Assembly: GCA_030295235.1 (NCBI GenBank)
Contig: AP026124.1
Span: 186,001-250,000 of the forward strand
Direction: 5' to 3'
DNA: 64,000 nucleotides
Source: Fistulifera solaris
Lineage: Eukaryota
The notes under the pieces are model-generated. The model saw only the letters and a list, made by a program, of their open reading frames with translations, was not told the DNA's origin and made no database searches. The translations under genes and the position numbers were made by a program. Shown in pieces: positions 35,297-49,052 of this stretch. The first letter of the stretch is position 1. Every line of letters starts with the position of its first letter.

Positions 35297-36463
35297 TTAC
35301 GCATTTAGCTTGTTCAACAGAACTAATTTTTCCAAGCACTCATCTACATCCATATCTTCCAATGCATCAAAAACACTGCCCATACTTCCATCCGGTTGCT
35401 TGACACGGGGGTCAACGGACCAGTCTTTGATAGTCTTTTCCGTCAGACCTGCCGCCAACAGAGCGCTACCGAATGGATCGTCGCTAATCTTAGTTCCCAA
35501 CCAGTTCATTCTTTCGGCAAGCCCTTCAAAGGACTAGCACTGGCGTGGACACCATTGTCTCCCCTTGTTGGGTTTCTCAGCCAAGCCAAGGGCAGTATAG
35601 TCATCCAGGATAGCTTTTCGCAAACTACCAGGAGGGCCATCGGCGGGGTCCGTCGGTCCTAGTACACTGTTACGGAAATTGGACCACGAGAGTGTCTTGG
35701 GACTGAATTCAACGACAAAACAGTAGATACTTGTTCCAGCACCGACAAACTTGGAGCGCATCGACATGAAGAAAGCATTGAACACGTACAACTTTTGTCC
35801 ATTCATCGATACAATGCCACAGTAGAAGCCTCCGCCAAATTTTTCCACTTTTTCCGCTTTACCCCACGCTTCATCCAATTGTTGGGCATCCTAATGAAAA
35901 CGGTATGTGAGTGTGCATAATCGAATAGTCGTCTTTCTCTAACAAAATTGCAATTTACTTACACATCCGAATCGTTTGCAAGCCTCCATCGCGTTGCAAG
36001 CACGATTCTCAGCGAGAACAGTCTCCCAGGATTCACCGAATGCATTCTGGAACTTGTCAGCAGGAACAGGAATGTCTTTTGCGGGAAGAATCGTTGCCTT
36101 GGATGCTGAAAGAAAGTCAGTAAGTAAAAGATTGAGTAAGAATTTGTGACCCTTTGACGGAGAAAAGGAACCTTGCAGAACCGCTTACAAGAACTTACCG
36201 ATTGCGTAATAATGCTGATCAATCAGCTTTTTCTCGTCGATTGTCTCTCCGCTAATACTCACTTCCGACAAGATCGTAACGCCTTTCGACTTGAGAGTTT
36301 TGCGAACGAGGTCCTGGACCGACGCCGTGTTGGCATGAGGTTTCACAAAGACGAACGCAGAGTTTGTTAGTGGTGCATGGCAAGTTTTATCACTCTTGGC
36401 CTTCCAAATGGAAAGGCCAGCAGTGGCTGTGAATAATAAGAAATCCATACTGAAAAATTTCAT
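35297..36463 (-). CDS. Nucleoside diphosphate kinase-like protein (long protist type), 2 introns
   Basis: AFVFVKPHA, LGPTDP...PGSLR, NGVHASASPFEGLAERMNW after removing an extra G at ~35562. Confidence 0.8.
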
Positions 36464-37147
36464 GAGATCCTTTTCTCCACACAATTACGACAGCCCAAAC
36501 AAAAACGAAACGAAAATCGTCGCATGCTTTTGCGTTCGATTTTCATTTTCATGGGCGCTCTCAGCGCTGACGGCTTGATGACGCATCCATCGTCACTGGG
36601 GAATCTTGAAGACGTTATGATTACGTCATACGGTTCGCAGTCCCGGGACTGATTGAGTCGGACGCAGAGAAATGCCACAACCTACAACCTTACCAGTACC
36701 AGTGTACACGATACTCACTCCGTAGCATTATCCCGAGACAAAATTCTATCACCTACTTTCTTTATCGTTTCGCAAGGCTTTTCGACATACAAATATTGAG
36801 GCGCGTAGTACAAACACTGCCAAAGCCTATTTCACTGTGTAAGAACGACAAATGGTTTCAAAACAATCTGCGAAACGAAGGAATTGTAGGCAGCATCGTC
36901 GCTCCAAAAAAATATGTGTTCAATATTGAAGTGCCTGATTTGACGTTGAGAATGTTTGCGAATTGTTCTCAACTTTGCCACGACTGGAAGTTTTCCCCAG
37001 GCCTACCAGCAGCTACCAGTACTAGAACGCAAGCATCCTAAACCAACAGGAAGTATTCAAATTCGTTTCAACACGAAACACTATGGATTTCAAGTATCAA
37101 GCTCATTCTCTATTGATTGATAATTAAATTAATGTATTATTACCTTT

Positions 37148-39588
37148 TTAGCTTGGGGCCGCGGCTCCATCAACGTCCACCTCCACATCTTCTAGAATCA
37201 TGTCATCCAACGGTTGCCCGGGTGCCACCAAGGGCAAGCATGGCGTTCGTTCCACGCGAACGTGAAACAAGACAGGCTCCTCAGGGTCATTGAATAAAAA
37301 GTCTTTCATAGCTGCTTCTAGATCTTCCTCCGCGTCGCAATAGACGGACTTTATACCGAAGGCCTTCGCCAGCGTGCAGTAATCCGGGTTAGCTGTGTTT
37401 CGCACCGCCAACAAACGGTTATTGTGGAACAGACGTTGCCAGTATTCTACCATCATCTGACCATCATTATCGATAATCATTAGTTTGACGGCAATTCCTT
37501 CTTCCTTCAGAGTCTTTAACTCAGTAAAAGTCATGTTGAATGAACCATCTCCATCCACAGATATACATATTTTTCCGGGATTGGCTAGTTTCGCTCCAAT
37601 GCAATAACCCAAGGATACACCCATGGTACCCAACGAACCACTGCTCAGCATTTGACGAGGTTGCGTCCAAGTAATCAACTGTGCAGCGATCATTTGATGG
37701 ACACCAACACCTGTGGTGAATATGGCATTGTCCATTTGTCCAGCTTCCAGCAACTGTCGGTTTAGCTCTGCGACAACCGACTGAGCAGACATTCGGGTGC
37801 GAGGAACCAAGGTCTCTTCACCTTGTTCATTTACGATACGAATACTTTCGGTTTTAAAATGAGGAATTTTTACTGGGAAGTCTTTCTGCAACTGAGCCAT
37901 GTGCTTGAGCCATGGTGCGGTAATGGAAGCTCTGCCGAACTCGGTATCTTTGTGAAGCAATGCGTTCATGGTCTGTAAGAATCGCTTGCCCGTAGTGTGG
38001 ACGAAGTACGAAGGAGCTAACTGTTTCTTGTGTTCCGTTCGTCGGATATCAACGTGAATGATGCCTCCCCTTCCTTCTTCCGCAGCTTCTCGTGCCTTGG
38101 GGATATAACTTCCCATTCGTCCCGTAATACGATCGTCAAATCGTGATCCCACGCAGATGACCAAATCAGATTCTTGAAACATAAAGTTTGGCGTTGGGTG
38201 GCCGTGCATTCCCACCATGTTCAGAGCCAGGGGACTGCGCTCATCGAAGCAACCGAGAGCATGCAGAGTTGTTGCCACGGGGATCTGTAATTTTTCTGCA
38301 AAGTACTTGAGGTCTTCTGGGGAATCGTTGCAACCTTGACCGGCCAAGATGACAGGTTTTCGCGCTTGTCGAATCAAATTTAGCACTTCCTTTGCCATGG
38401 TACTTCCTTCATCAAAACCATTTCTTTCAAAGTTTCGCCGTTGGGTGCATTCTTTACAATCGTGTGCGTAGGATTGTGATCAGCGTGGAAGTCGTCACGT
38501 GTATCCGCGGTTTCTTCCACCACAGGAATGGCATCAATCTGATACTTGTTCTCCGCATCCTTGATAATTTGAAAGGGCAATCCTTTGCCTTCCGTACCAA
38601 TATGCACGGCTTGCATAACCGATCCATCAGCTCGCCGTCTTTCGCTGAGGCGGCAAAAAGCAGTGTCGTAATTGGGTTCATTCAAGTTGGTCTCTACAAA
38701 TGAATCCATGAGTTCGGGTGTAAGAATTTGGTTTTGCAGATCCTTAGGCAAATCCACAAAGACGGGTCCTGGTCTTCCGTTACGGGCAACGTAAAAAGCA
38801 TAGTCCAAGACCATTGGGAGCTCCGCAGCTGACTTGATTTGATAAGCCCACTTGGTGCAAGGTCGGGTGAGATCTACCGCTGGACATGACTGGAAGGCAT
38901 CTTTCGGTGCGTTTGTGGCGGCTTGGCCACAAAGAGCAACGAGGGGAACTCCATCACAAATAGCATCTTGAAGAGGAGTGATTAGGTTCGTCAAACCTGG
39001 GCCCGATGTGGCAATGCAGACACCAACCGGAAGATGCTTTCCTCCGAAGGGTTGCGATTTGCCATATCCTTCAGCAATATGCCCGGCTGAGTTTTCGTTT
39101 GAGTTTGTGATCCATCGAATAGGCTTTTTTCCTCCATGTCGAGGGTGTAGTTCATGAAACTGATCCAGGAGGGGCAAGACAGCGCCACCCGAGAATCCGT
39201 TGACGACCTCGACGCCATGTTCAACCAATTTGCTGTAAATGATAGCAGCCCCCGACTGACCCTGATATTGTGAAAGATAAGCAGAGACTGCAGCTCTTGT
39301 TTCCACAGCAGCAATCTGTGCTAACTTGGGATCATTATTCTTGAGATCCGCTTTTTTCTGCTGCCGTGCGGCAGACGCAAGCTTCGCATCGGATTCTCTG
39401 AAGTTATTGGCGATCGAGTGCTTGAGGACTTCAATATCATCCTCGGTCGTGCTACTCAAAGGTCCTGTGCTTCTGAAGTAAGGAGAAGACACAAATGCGG
39501 GACTTTTAGGTGATGCCTTAGAGGGAACAAAAGCGAAAGAAGAAGGTGTCGCCACCAACAAGAAAACCGAAGCAGCGGAAAACTTCAT
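37148..39588 (-). CDS. ilvB: Acetolactate synthase (AHAS) large subunit, plastid-targeted
   Basis: GFSGGAVLP, TSGPGLTN, RPGPVFVDLPKD, GSRFDDRITG, SGSLGTMG and TPP motif GDGSF...NDG; SSFAFVP presequence; indel at ~38415. Confidence 0.95.
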
Positions 39589-40312
39589 TTTGATCGGTGC
39601 GCGTTAGTTTCAAAGCAATAAAAGTTGTCGAATAGATAGCGTAAACGGAGTCTTGATCCAAATCAAGTTACTTCACTTCGTAGCTACTCTTTTCAAGAAA
39701 GAAGATGAAAAAGACTTGAGTATTAGGTGTGTGCACGAATGTAATAATGGCGGAAGAAGAAGCCGATGTTACGTGGTCCTTTTCAAATTGAAAGAGCCGT
39801 GCACTCGAATGGCTTTGGCTTCGGTGTTTTCGTTGTTTGATGCGCTCCAGTCGCCGTAGACGGCTACAAGGATTTGGTACCAAGAAGGGTCTCCGGTTGG
39901 ACGGTCACACGCTTTCTGTGTCAGATGCTGCAATTTCTTCTTTGATACTTTATAATCGACAGTCAAAGCCCTCACGTCTGCACCTCAATGGACCAGTATG
40001 TACTCTAATTGGTGGCTGCAAGCAAAACCGCAACCGCGCGTCGGCCAGAAATTTTGATGATGTCACATGTACGACCTTCTGACGTAATGCCCTAACGCCT
40101 CCTCCTCCTCACTCTAGCTCTAAAGGAGTACTACGCTCGCTCACGCTGCATTGCACTCGTCCAACCGTCGGCCGTCATTCGTGAGGGCGAGCGGTCACTT
40201 TTGACGTTTTGATTGATGCTAAAAAACAAAGGGACAACCAAGAAGGGTCCCTTGATTTACTTTCATTCGATACCTTCCAAACAACAAACAACCAGCGTGA
40301 TTTGAATCAGTA

Positions 40313-40581
40313 ATGTACCGAAGAACATTGCAAGTGCTAGCTTCGCAAGGGAAACGGACGGTTGTTCGAGATCCTAGGAAACGACACGTGCCGACCTCTT
40401 CAATGGTGTCTATTCCGCAACAGAATGACGAAATTCAAGAGCAGTCTCGACCACTTCCCTTTTGCAACAACCTAGCCCGCATCCACCGCAGACTCTTGCT
40501 TCAAGTCTCGGTAGTTACGCTTTTGCTGGCGTTGGAGTTACATTGGGTGTCGTTTTGGTCCGAGTAGTTCTTGGCTTTTAA
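40313..40581 (+). CDS. Small putative mitochondrial protein with a C-terminal hydrophobic helix
   Basis: MYRRTLQVLASQGKR presequence-like start; correcting the run at ~40459 gives ...LGSYAFAGVGVTLGVVLVRVVLGF*. Confidence 0.5.
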
Positions 40582-40946
40582 GACTTTCTCTTATTACTAC
40601 ATCTCCAACTTTTAGAATAGTTATTAGAAGGAGTATTTTAAGGCTTAACTGTTGCTAAGGTTCACTACATTATGTAAATTTTCGTGGAAACCGGCAATCT
40701 AAGTGATCGACGGCAACCTAGGTACGAAGTAGTTTTTAAAACTAATTAAGGCTAAACATGAGACTTTCCCCTAGTTCTATAAGTAACTTACTCCGTATTA
40801 TAGAGACATATCAACAGCGTCTTACTTCATAGCAATCGAACTGCCACCGAAACATAATCCGCCAAGGATATCAATCGGTGGTAAACTAGTGAGACGCTTG
40901 TCCACATTAGGCAATATCGCCCCACCCCAGGAGTCATTTACATCGT

Positions 40947-42795
40947 CTATCGATTGCCGAAACGTGCCAAAGCGCGTCCTGATTCCTCCTTATTACTAAT
41001 GAATAGCTCGATGTATCGGTTTCCCATAGACCGACGATTTAATTCCATAGCCCGCTTTGCATCATTGGCGGACGAGAAACCAATGTATGCTTCACCCGTA
41101 GCTCGCCCGTCATTCCGGTACGTTAGCACAACACTCTCCGCAACTGGGTCATACCCAGCAAAGAACTGAACAATATCTTCTTTCGTGGCGGCAAATGGGA
41201 GCCCCCGCATTCGTAAGAAGCCGGTGTGTTCCCCCACTTGAATACCACCTCCAGCTCGTTTGGGTAGAGGAGCACGTACCACTCCGTCACTACTTTCCGC
41301 AGGACGACTTGCTCGGCCACTACCTGTGGAAGTGCCACTCGCAAGAGTTTGAACACCAACAGGTGTGGAAACAGTTGACTGACCCTTCAAGGTCTCATTT
41401 ACGCCGAAAGATGTTGAACTTGTTACTCCAAGTTGACTGGAGAGTACTGACACGCCTTGCCTCGAGTGAGGTAAGGAGTCACCCCAGAGATGATGGGCGG
41501 CAGACGAATCATCAACAGAATGATGTTGCTCCGCTTGTTCGTTCCTCGTTCTTGACAAAGAGAGTGGCGTTTTCGGCCCTCTTTCTCTCTCAACTTGCTG
41601 TAACGTAATAGAGTAAAAAAATTTGAGTAAGTGTTGCAATAATCTTCAAGTATGAGTGAGTATCAGACGTACTGATGCAATGGCCTCGTAGTATTCAGTC
41701 CGTGATGCAGGACCGATATCAATAAACTTTCTTCCAATTGTTTGACGACTCCTGCGACCTCGCAATGTAAGAAACGAATGATTCATGAATTTGCTGTGAG
41801 TTCCTGTTATAAATGTCGTACCTTTGCAACGCCATCTGAAAATCCATTGGATTCGCGAAAACAACAAATGCATCCCCCTGACCAGCTAATATAACATCTA
41901 TGAAAACCAAGCCCTGAAAGAAAATCAGAATGTCTTCTAGAGAAATGTCGTATGGTAAATACCGCAAACGCACGCAGGGAAAAGGACCTAGGACGGCTTC
42001 CAGAGGATCCGTCGAACCCCGCAACCCCGGAATTCCGGGCGGCAAAGGAAGTCCCTCCATGTGATGGATTGTATACTGGTACCTGAAATGGAACGGGGCG
42101 GGTGTCAGGTTCAAGCTGCACACCACCTTTCCAATGTACCGTCACAGAGACAGCTACCCAAAAATTTCCAACACGAAAATAGTAACGATCGCGGACGAGA
42201 GCAACAAGCACAAGAATTTCGTCGCTCGCCCTCACATTCTCCTCCAAACCTCGCTGTCCAACCGTCCGACCACCCAAGATCGCACGGCACCATAAGGCGT
42301 TATTGTGAATCACGTTTCAGTATCATCCGTTACTCGACCGTGTCACTTTAAAACTCGACACTCGACACTCGACATTTCGTCGAGATTTTCTGTACCAGGT
42401 ACCAGCTACATTTTTCTACCGCTAAAAATTTTCGTGATGTCTTGTCTCACACCGATCCCTTTTTCGCCGTATCAAACCTACATACGAAAACTGGCAATTC
42501 ATCACGGTAGCCGGCAAGACAGGTTTGTTGCAAACAAGCATCGCACCAGAGCGATACAGCAAGCAGCGAGCAGCGAGGGACGGAAGATGATTGCTTACCG
42601 GTAATCATAAAAGTGTGCCATGTAACCTGCAAGGACTGGCCCAGCCCACGCCGGATCATATCCATACGATTCGTGTTGTGGCATTGGCATGTTTGGGTTT
42701 GGGTGATACATTTCGTTGTGTTGATCGATATCGGTGATTTGCTTCCGTATCCCCTCCTCCCCTTCCCCGTCCCCGTCCCCATGTTGTTGACTCAT
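40947..42795 (-). CDS. hnRNP F/H / ESRP-like RNA-binding protein with two quasi-RRMs, 4 exons
   Basis: CVRLRYLPY...IFFQG and LRMRGLPFAATKEDIVQFF...GRATGEAYI...MGNRYIELF; introns 42598-42083, ~41821-41752 and ~41671-41598. Confidence 0.85.
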
Positions 42796-43264
42796 TTGTA
42801 ATAAGCAACGTCCCCGTCCCCGTTGTAGAAACCGGCAGAAACCGTTCCCCCTAATGTTGTATTTGTATTTTGAGTGTTTTTGTGAGTGGAGGTCAAGATG
42901 GCGCACCCTCAACTGGCTTGGCGGCATGCCGCGACGACGAAAATGCTTGAATTTGCGAGGCTGCCTCGTTTTCACGATACGATGCAGCGCGCAAGGCTGC
43001 TCTCCGTTCGTACAAATTTGTAGTATCCGTACGCGGCTGCTGCACACAGCGGCAGGCGGACGAGATCAATATTGACAATAGAAGTGAATAGTAGAGCGGG
43101 GGGAGAAATAGTCTTCATTAGGGAAAAGGCTATTTCTCGTGGGCAATACCCGGAGTACTCCTATTATAATATCAAGTCCCAAAGTCTCAAGACTACCGGC
43201 AGCCTTGCGGGACACGGTGTATGGACAACCAATAATCATAACGAATTTTTAATCATCAATTTCC

Positions 43265-44828
43265 TTAAACATTTACACCGTCAACGCTTGATACCGCAAG
43301 TAAATCCTTGTTCGCAGCGAGAATGGGATCGATGCATTCCATCAAAAATTCATCCACCTGCTGCGGCGCTCTCCCGACAAACAATTTGGGATCCATCATA
43401 GTATCAAGCTTAGCATGAACAGCTGCAAAATTTGCATCATTCTTAATACGGTCCATCAAGTCGTTTGGTTTGCCTTCGCCCTTGACAACAGCACCAGCTT
43501 CCATTGAATGAACACGAATAACCTCGTGCAACTCCTGACGATCTCCGCCGGCCTTGACACCTGTGAAAGCAGAACAAATGAGATAATGTGGGAGGAGATA
43601 CGAGAGCAACAAACGAAATGGAGTACTCACATTCCATAAGGATATTTTCTGTTGCCATGAAAGGCAGCTCTGCCATGACATGTGACTTAACGACCTCAGG
43701 CCAGACATGAAGGCCGTCACTGATGTTCTCCAGCAAGTTCAAAATGACATCCGTGCCTAGGAACGCTTCGGGAAGAATGATTCGACGGATGGCTGAATCA
43801 TCTAGAGTTCGCTCAAACCACTGATTCGCGTGGGTATTTGCGGCTCCTTCAGGGAGACCCATTACATACCGAGCGATGGAGCAGACACGTTCGGAACGCA
43901 TAGGGTTTCGCTTGTAAGCCATTGCGCTAGATCCTATCTGTGTTTTAGAGAAGGGCTCTTCCACTTCCTTGAGATTCGCTAGTAAGCGAATGTCTCCGCA
44001 CATTTTGTAAGCCGATTGGGCGATTCCAGATAAGACACTCAAGATGAAAAACTCAATCTTACGAGTGTAGGTCTGTCCTGAAACCGGAATAGCTGTCTTG
44101 AAGCCCATGAGTTCACATACGCGTTTGTTAAGCGCTTTAACTTTCTCGTGATCGCCGTCGAAAAGTTCAAGAAACGAGGCCTGCGTTCCTGTAGTTCCCT
44201 TGACGCCTCGCATGGGTAGGTTCTCAATCTCTCGCTCTACACGCTCCAAATCGAGCATGAGGTCCTGCATCCAGAGCGTGCAACGTTTTCCTACCGTCGT
44301 GAGTTGAGCAGGCTGGTAGTGAGTGAAACCAAGCGTTGGTAAATCTTTATACTTGAGAGCAAACTCCTTAAGTGTGGCCAGGACTTTTACCAACTTTCGC
44401 TTGATAAGATGCAACCCTTCGCGAAGTTGCACGAGATCGGTGTTGTCACCAACAAAGCAGGAAGTGGCTCCAAGATGAATTACTGGCATCGCTTTTGGAG
44501 CTTGGGAACCAAAAGCGTGGACATGACCCATGACATCATGACGAAATTCTGCTTCCTTTTTGGCCGCCACTTCAAAGTCAACATCATAGATGTGATTGCG
44601 CATCTCTTCTAATTGCTCGTCAGAAATATCTAAGCCTAATTCCTTCTCAGCAGTTGCAAGAGCAGTCCACAGCTTTCTCCACGTCGTAAACTTCATCGCA
44701 GGAGACCAGACAAACGACATCTCCTTGGTAGCGTACCTCTCCACAAGTGGGTGCTCATATTTGCGTTGATCAAGGAGAACATCCTCAGGAAAATTGGCCG
44801 CTACTTCTAAAAATTTGTCCGCGTTCAT
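43265..44828 (-). CDS. purB: Adenylosuccinate lyase, intron 43630-43561
   Basis: [27 protein letters not shown] and the signature [15 protein letters not shown]. Confidence 0.97.
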
Positions 44829-45109
44829 TTTAGGTAGTGTCTGAGATTGAGTTGAGAAGAGTATAAGCTCTCTTGATGATTCCTGGTGACGAAGAAAAAT
44901 AATGGTTGTCGTTGTCGGCAAGAAATTCATCTTTTTTTGCTTGGACTTGGACCAAGACGGATGACGGATGACGGATGGATCGATGGTATTGTCAATCGTC
45001 AGGTTTTCAGTCCCTTTCTATAGAAGTCCCGAACATCGCATCACAATAATGACGTCACAAATGTCTGATGTTCTTGTTGTTCTTCTTTGTGTGCAGTGGT
45101 CCGTAAAGA

Positions 45110-45190
45110 GGGAACAGCGTTAAAATTCTGCCTCGTCGTAGACGCTACGTAGAATCTAGTACTGGGAGGCAGAATTTTAACGTCCTTCCC
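45110..45190. repeat. Hairpin-forming dispersed repeat, copy 1
   Basis: 17-bp perfect inverted repeat CGTTAAAATTCTGCCTC (45118-45134 / 45166-45182); homologous to 63443-63520. Confidence 0.8.
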
Positions 45191-45310
45191 AGTTGCGAGT
45201 TTTGATTTTTGACCGCACGTGGCAGTCTGCACTTCGTACCTGTAGGGCTGAAATCGCGACTGTCGATTTCTAAGTAGTCGGTCGGTCGTGCGAACGCGAA
45301 AAAATCTAAA

Positions 45311-45436
45311 GTACAAGGACCTGGTACGGTACCTGGTATTCATTCATTCGATACATTGGTATTCTGTAATTGAGGTACGGTACCGGTACCCGGTACGGTA
45401 CCGGTACCTACCGGGTACCAGTGTACCAGTACGTGG
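45311..45436. repeat. GTAC/GGTACC-rich low-complexity palindromic tract
   Basis: ggtacggtaccggtacccggtacggtaccggtacctaccgggtaccagtgtaccagtac. Confidence 0.8.
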
Positions 45437-45871
45437 TAATAGGTGCAGCCCATGTACTGCTATGTATCACAGATTGACATGAAAAGAACACACAAAAACC
45501 CTATTCGACTATGAATCTAATAATCCGTATGTATTGCCTATTGCTTCGTCGTACCACGTAAGAACCACGACCACGGTTAATCTTCCACAGTCTACAGTAC
45601 TCTGCAGTTTATTGATAGTAAAGAGTATTGCGTACTTAATCTGTCACTATTGCAGAACTCGGAAAGATTCCGTTCCGTCGATGAATGAAATGAGAAATTT
45701 GAGAGACGATGATTTTTTTGGCCGACGAATTGCGACTTCACGAGACGCGAGACACGTGACAAGAACATGGCGCCCAGCTGACCACCAAATAATATAAAAG
45801 ATACAAGTGCTTTATCATTCGTTGCTGCTTCATCGCAAATTTGATAGATATGAGAGAGAAGTAATACCACT

Positions 45872-46926
45872 ATGATGAATTTTGATCGACGCGAGGACGC
45901 TACAACGCCGCTGGATTGGGTATCCAGCACAGAGGATTTGGATGAGTTGAAAATTGATATTTTTCCTGATCAAACGCCAGGCGAGGAGTTGGAAGAAAAC
46001 AAGCAAGAAGTGGTTCCGGAGAGTGATGCAGAAGATAGTGGAAGTCGTAAGGGACGCCTTGGGAAAAGACATTGTGCACGCGCTCAACGAAGGAAAAAGA
46101 AGCCGGCTGGCTTACCGAAGCGCCCATTGAGCGCTTACAACCTTTTCTTTCAGGAAGAACGTTTGAAAATACAACGAGAATGTCCATCGAAGGTAGGATT
46201 CAATGATTTTGGAAAAATTATTGGGTCAAGGTGGAAAGAGTTGAGTGACGATGATCGCCAGAAATACAATGCACTCGCAAACGAAGATACCATTCGTTAC
46301 CAAAGAGAAATGAACTTGCTCAAGCTGTCAAACAAGCGCAAGAAAGAAGGGACTCAACAACAAGGAAAAAACAACGATAAAGATAATCCTGCATCCTGGG
46401 CGACTTCGCTCTTGGAAGAGGCAAATCCTGTGCAATCAAAAGACTCGGCACAAAATGAATCTCGCGCATCTGACGATCAAGAACTGCAACAAGGACAACA
46501 AGACCCACAGCGTTCCCCATGGGGTCAACCAGTCAATTTCCTAAACTCTTGTCGCCAGTATCTACCATTTGGGGTGCATTTTGGAATGCAGCCTGGCTTT
46601 CCCGTTCCTCCTGGAATGGAAATCAACATAGCAGATGCAAACGGACGCGAGCGCAAATACATGGTGCGATACACATTCTATTCGATGCGGCGGAATGAAG
46701 CAGAGAGCTTTATTGCGTCCTTTCATAATGGGGAAAGACCACCAGAAAATCAGTTTCAAGGTCCTTATCCAGGTCCTTGGCATGATATAATGACGCGCCA
46801 TCATCCCAATGCATATCCACACTATCCCGGCGGCCCAAGACACGATAGCCAGAGGTAAGTCAGTGCGATCCCGTTTGTTTTATGGCCAAAAACTCACATT
46901 GTCTTGTTTATTGTAGGCTATGGTAA
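45872..46926 (+). CDS. HMG-box transcription factor
   Basis: PKRPLSAYNLFFQEER...IGSRWKELS...YQREM HMG box; probable terminal intron 46855-46916. Confidence 0.9.
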
Positions 46927-47345
46927 AACTACCATTCCTACTTGGTAATTTTCTCCTTTGCTTTCATCGTTTCAGGTGATAAATGATATTTGTGAATTGT
47001 GAATTTGTACTCTTGGCTTTCCCATTTCCCCTTCAAATCAACGTATTTAAATTTCCTATTTTATGTTTAATTTTACGAAATTGCTATTTGTACGATCTAG
47101 ACTATTCTTTTGTAAAAAAATTCAACCACAAAGCATGCAGGATTGAATTCAGTCATGAGCACCGACGAAAGACGCGATCGCAAAGAAAAACATGGATGCA
47201 TGACGTTGTTATTTATTGCTGGTGAGCTCAAGGACTGGACCATTTCCTGTTAATAACTACAAACGATACTAACTCGCTCTAGTTATAGAGAAAAAATAAT
47301 CTTGTGTTACGATTAGACTGGCAACAGGAGTGTCGATCACCTAAA

Positions 47346-47807
47346 ATGAGCGAACGCAGTTTTCCCGTCACAGCCGAATCGACCATGTCGGAAAATGTCG
47401 CTGTCGCCGCAAATATTCTCCCCGACAACCGCTTCGAATTAGAACTGGAATTCGTTCAAGCTCTTGCATCCCCCGCTTATATTCATTTTTTGGCAACCAC
47501 TCGATCAGAAACAGGTGACTGTCCCATCTTGCAAGATGCTGCCTTCATCAGTTTCCTCAAATACCTGCGGAAGACGTGGAGCCAGCCCGAATACAGCCGC
47601 TTTCTGACATACCCGCACTGCCTTTACTTCTTAGACATGCTGATTGAAAAGCCTCTGTCATTAAAGGAGTGGACGTTACCAGCCTACCGGAACTTTTGCC
47701 ATCAACAACAATTTTTGAGCTGGCAACACCGACACAGGGTCTGCTATGGACGAGGATCCGCCCCAGCTCCACAGCCAGAAAATGAAGTTGAAAACAATCA
47801 ATCCTAA
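47346..47807 (+). CDS. MED31: Mediator subunit 31 (SOH1)
   Basis: RFELELEFVQALASPAYIHFLA...PEYSRFLTYPHCLYFLDML; start at 47346 or 47385. Confidence 0.92.
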   Translation: MSERSFPVTAESTMSENVAVAANILPDNRFELELEFVQALASPAYIHFLATTRSETGDCPILQDAAFISFLKYLRKTWSQPEYSRFLTYPHCLYFLDMLIEKPLSLKEWTLPAYRNFCHQQQFLSWQHRHRVCYGRGSAPAPQPENEVENNQS

Positions 47808-48507
47808 TGTTTTTGAAAGTGCCGACGTAATGTATGCATTCCGAACAATGTATGTTTCTGATGTCAAGATTGAACTGATCTTTTCTTTTCGGTTTCTGGT
47901 TTGAAGGATCGACTGCCGCGTGCCGAGGGATCAATTCACCGTACGTCAACTCCCAGACTTCATCCCAAAGTGAGAGTGAAGCATCAATCATCAAGAGCCA
48001 CGATCACGAGAACGTAGCTAAGTCTGCAATAGGAATTAGGCATTGCATTTATCCGTGCTCTCATTTTCTCAATAGAATTCCTGGACATTTGTGCGACAAG
48101 AAAAACGAACTGTCTGTGGTTTGATGTATCGAATCACTTCTCGTTCATTCATTATTCATTGCTTCATCTCTCATCACTCATCATTCATCATTTATCATGC
48201 TTTCCCTAGGTCCGTGATACGCAAGGGTCAAGGTTCTCTATTCTTACACAAAACAGCTATACTGTACATCAACGAAAGCGTGACTTTATTGTGACAGAAA
48301 GTGCACCCAATCAAAGGCGGCGCATCACTCACCTCACAACAAACGGTGACAACTGCAGGCATCACAACCAAAGCTGAAGGTAAATACTTGTACTTTCAAA
48401 TTCATTTGCCCACTTATCATCCTCTGCACGAAAGAGCGACAGGTAATGGCTTCATCATCGCTACGTCGATAGCTGACATACGCATCACAATCGTCTATTT
48501 GACAATC

Positions 48508-49052
48508 ATGAAACAAAGTCTTGCATTCCAACTTTTTATCTGTCTATTCGCTACGCGAACTTATGCATTTACCAGAAAAGATATGATTATTCGATTTTCA
48601 CTGATCACGCCAACAGTATCATCAATTTCTCTCGATGCCAAAGGCAAGCTTCGTTATCGAGATGCCGAAGAAATGCTGCAGATGCTACAGCGCGACGATT
48701 CATCACTTATTGTACTTTTATTCACAGCAGTTAATTGTGGTCCTTGTCGCTTACAGAAGCGAGAATTGCAGCGACTAAACGATGCACGTAGAAGTAAACT
48801 GGAGCAAATTGCGGATATGCAAGAGATGCACTCCCACAATCTAGAACGCGAACTGGACCGACTGCCACTCAAGGTCCTTACCATCGATACTGAGCGATGG
48901 CCTCATGTTGGCTCCAAATTTCAAATTGGGAAGCTTCCTTGCCTTTTTCTTTTCGTGGCAGTGAAACGATTCAAAGACTGGAGGGACTAGTCAGTGCGGA
49001 AGAAATCTGGAAGCACGTAGAGGAATATCATTACCCTTCTGATGGGTCATAG
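48508..49052 (+). CDS. Thioredoxin-like protein, probably plastid-targeted
   Basis: FTAVNCGPC active site; KFQIGKLP cis-Pro region; correcting the T-run at ~48950 gives RLEGLVSAEEI...*; signal peptide ending TYAF. Confidence 0.8.

Noticed and set aside
44956..44980. (GACGGAT)3, and (CAT)6 at ~258-276
   Set aside because: Ordinary short microsatellites
47557..47994. 145-aa minus-strand ORF overlapping MED31
   Set aside because: No recognisable motif, and no consistent upstream exon could be built
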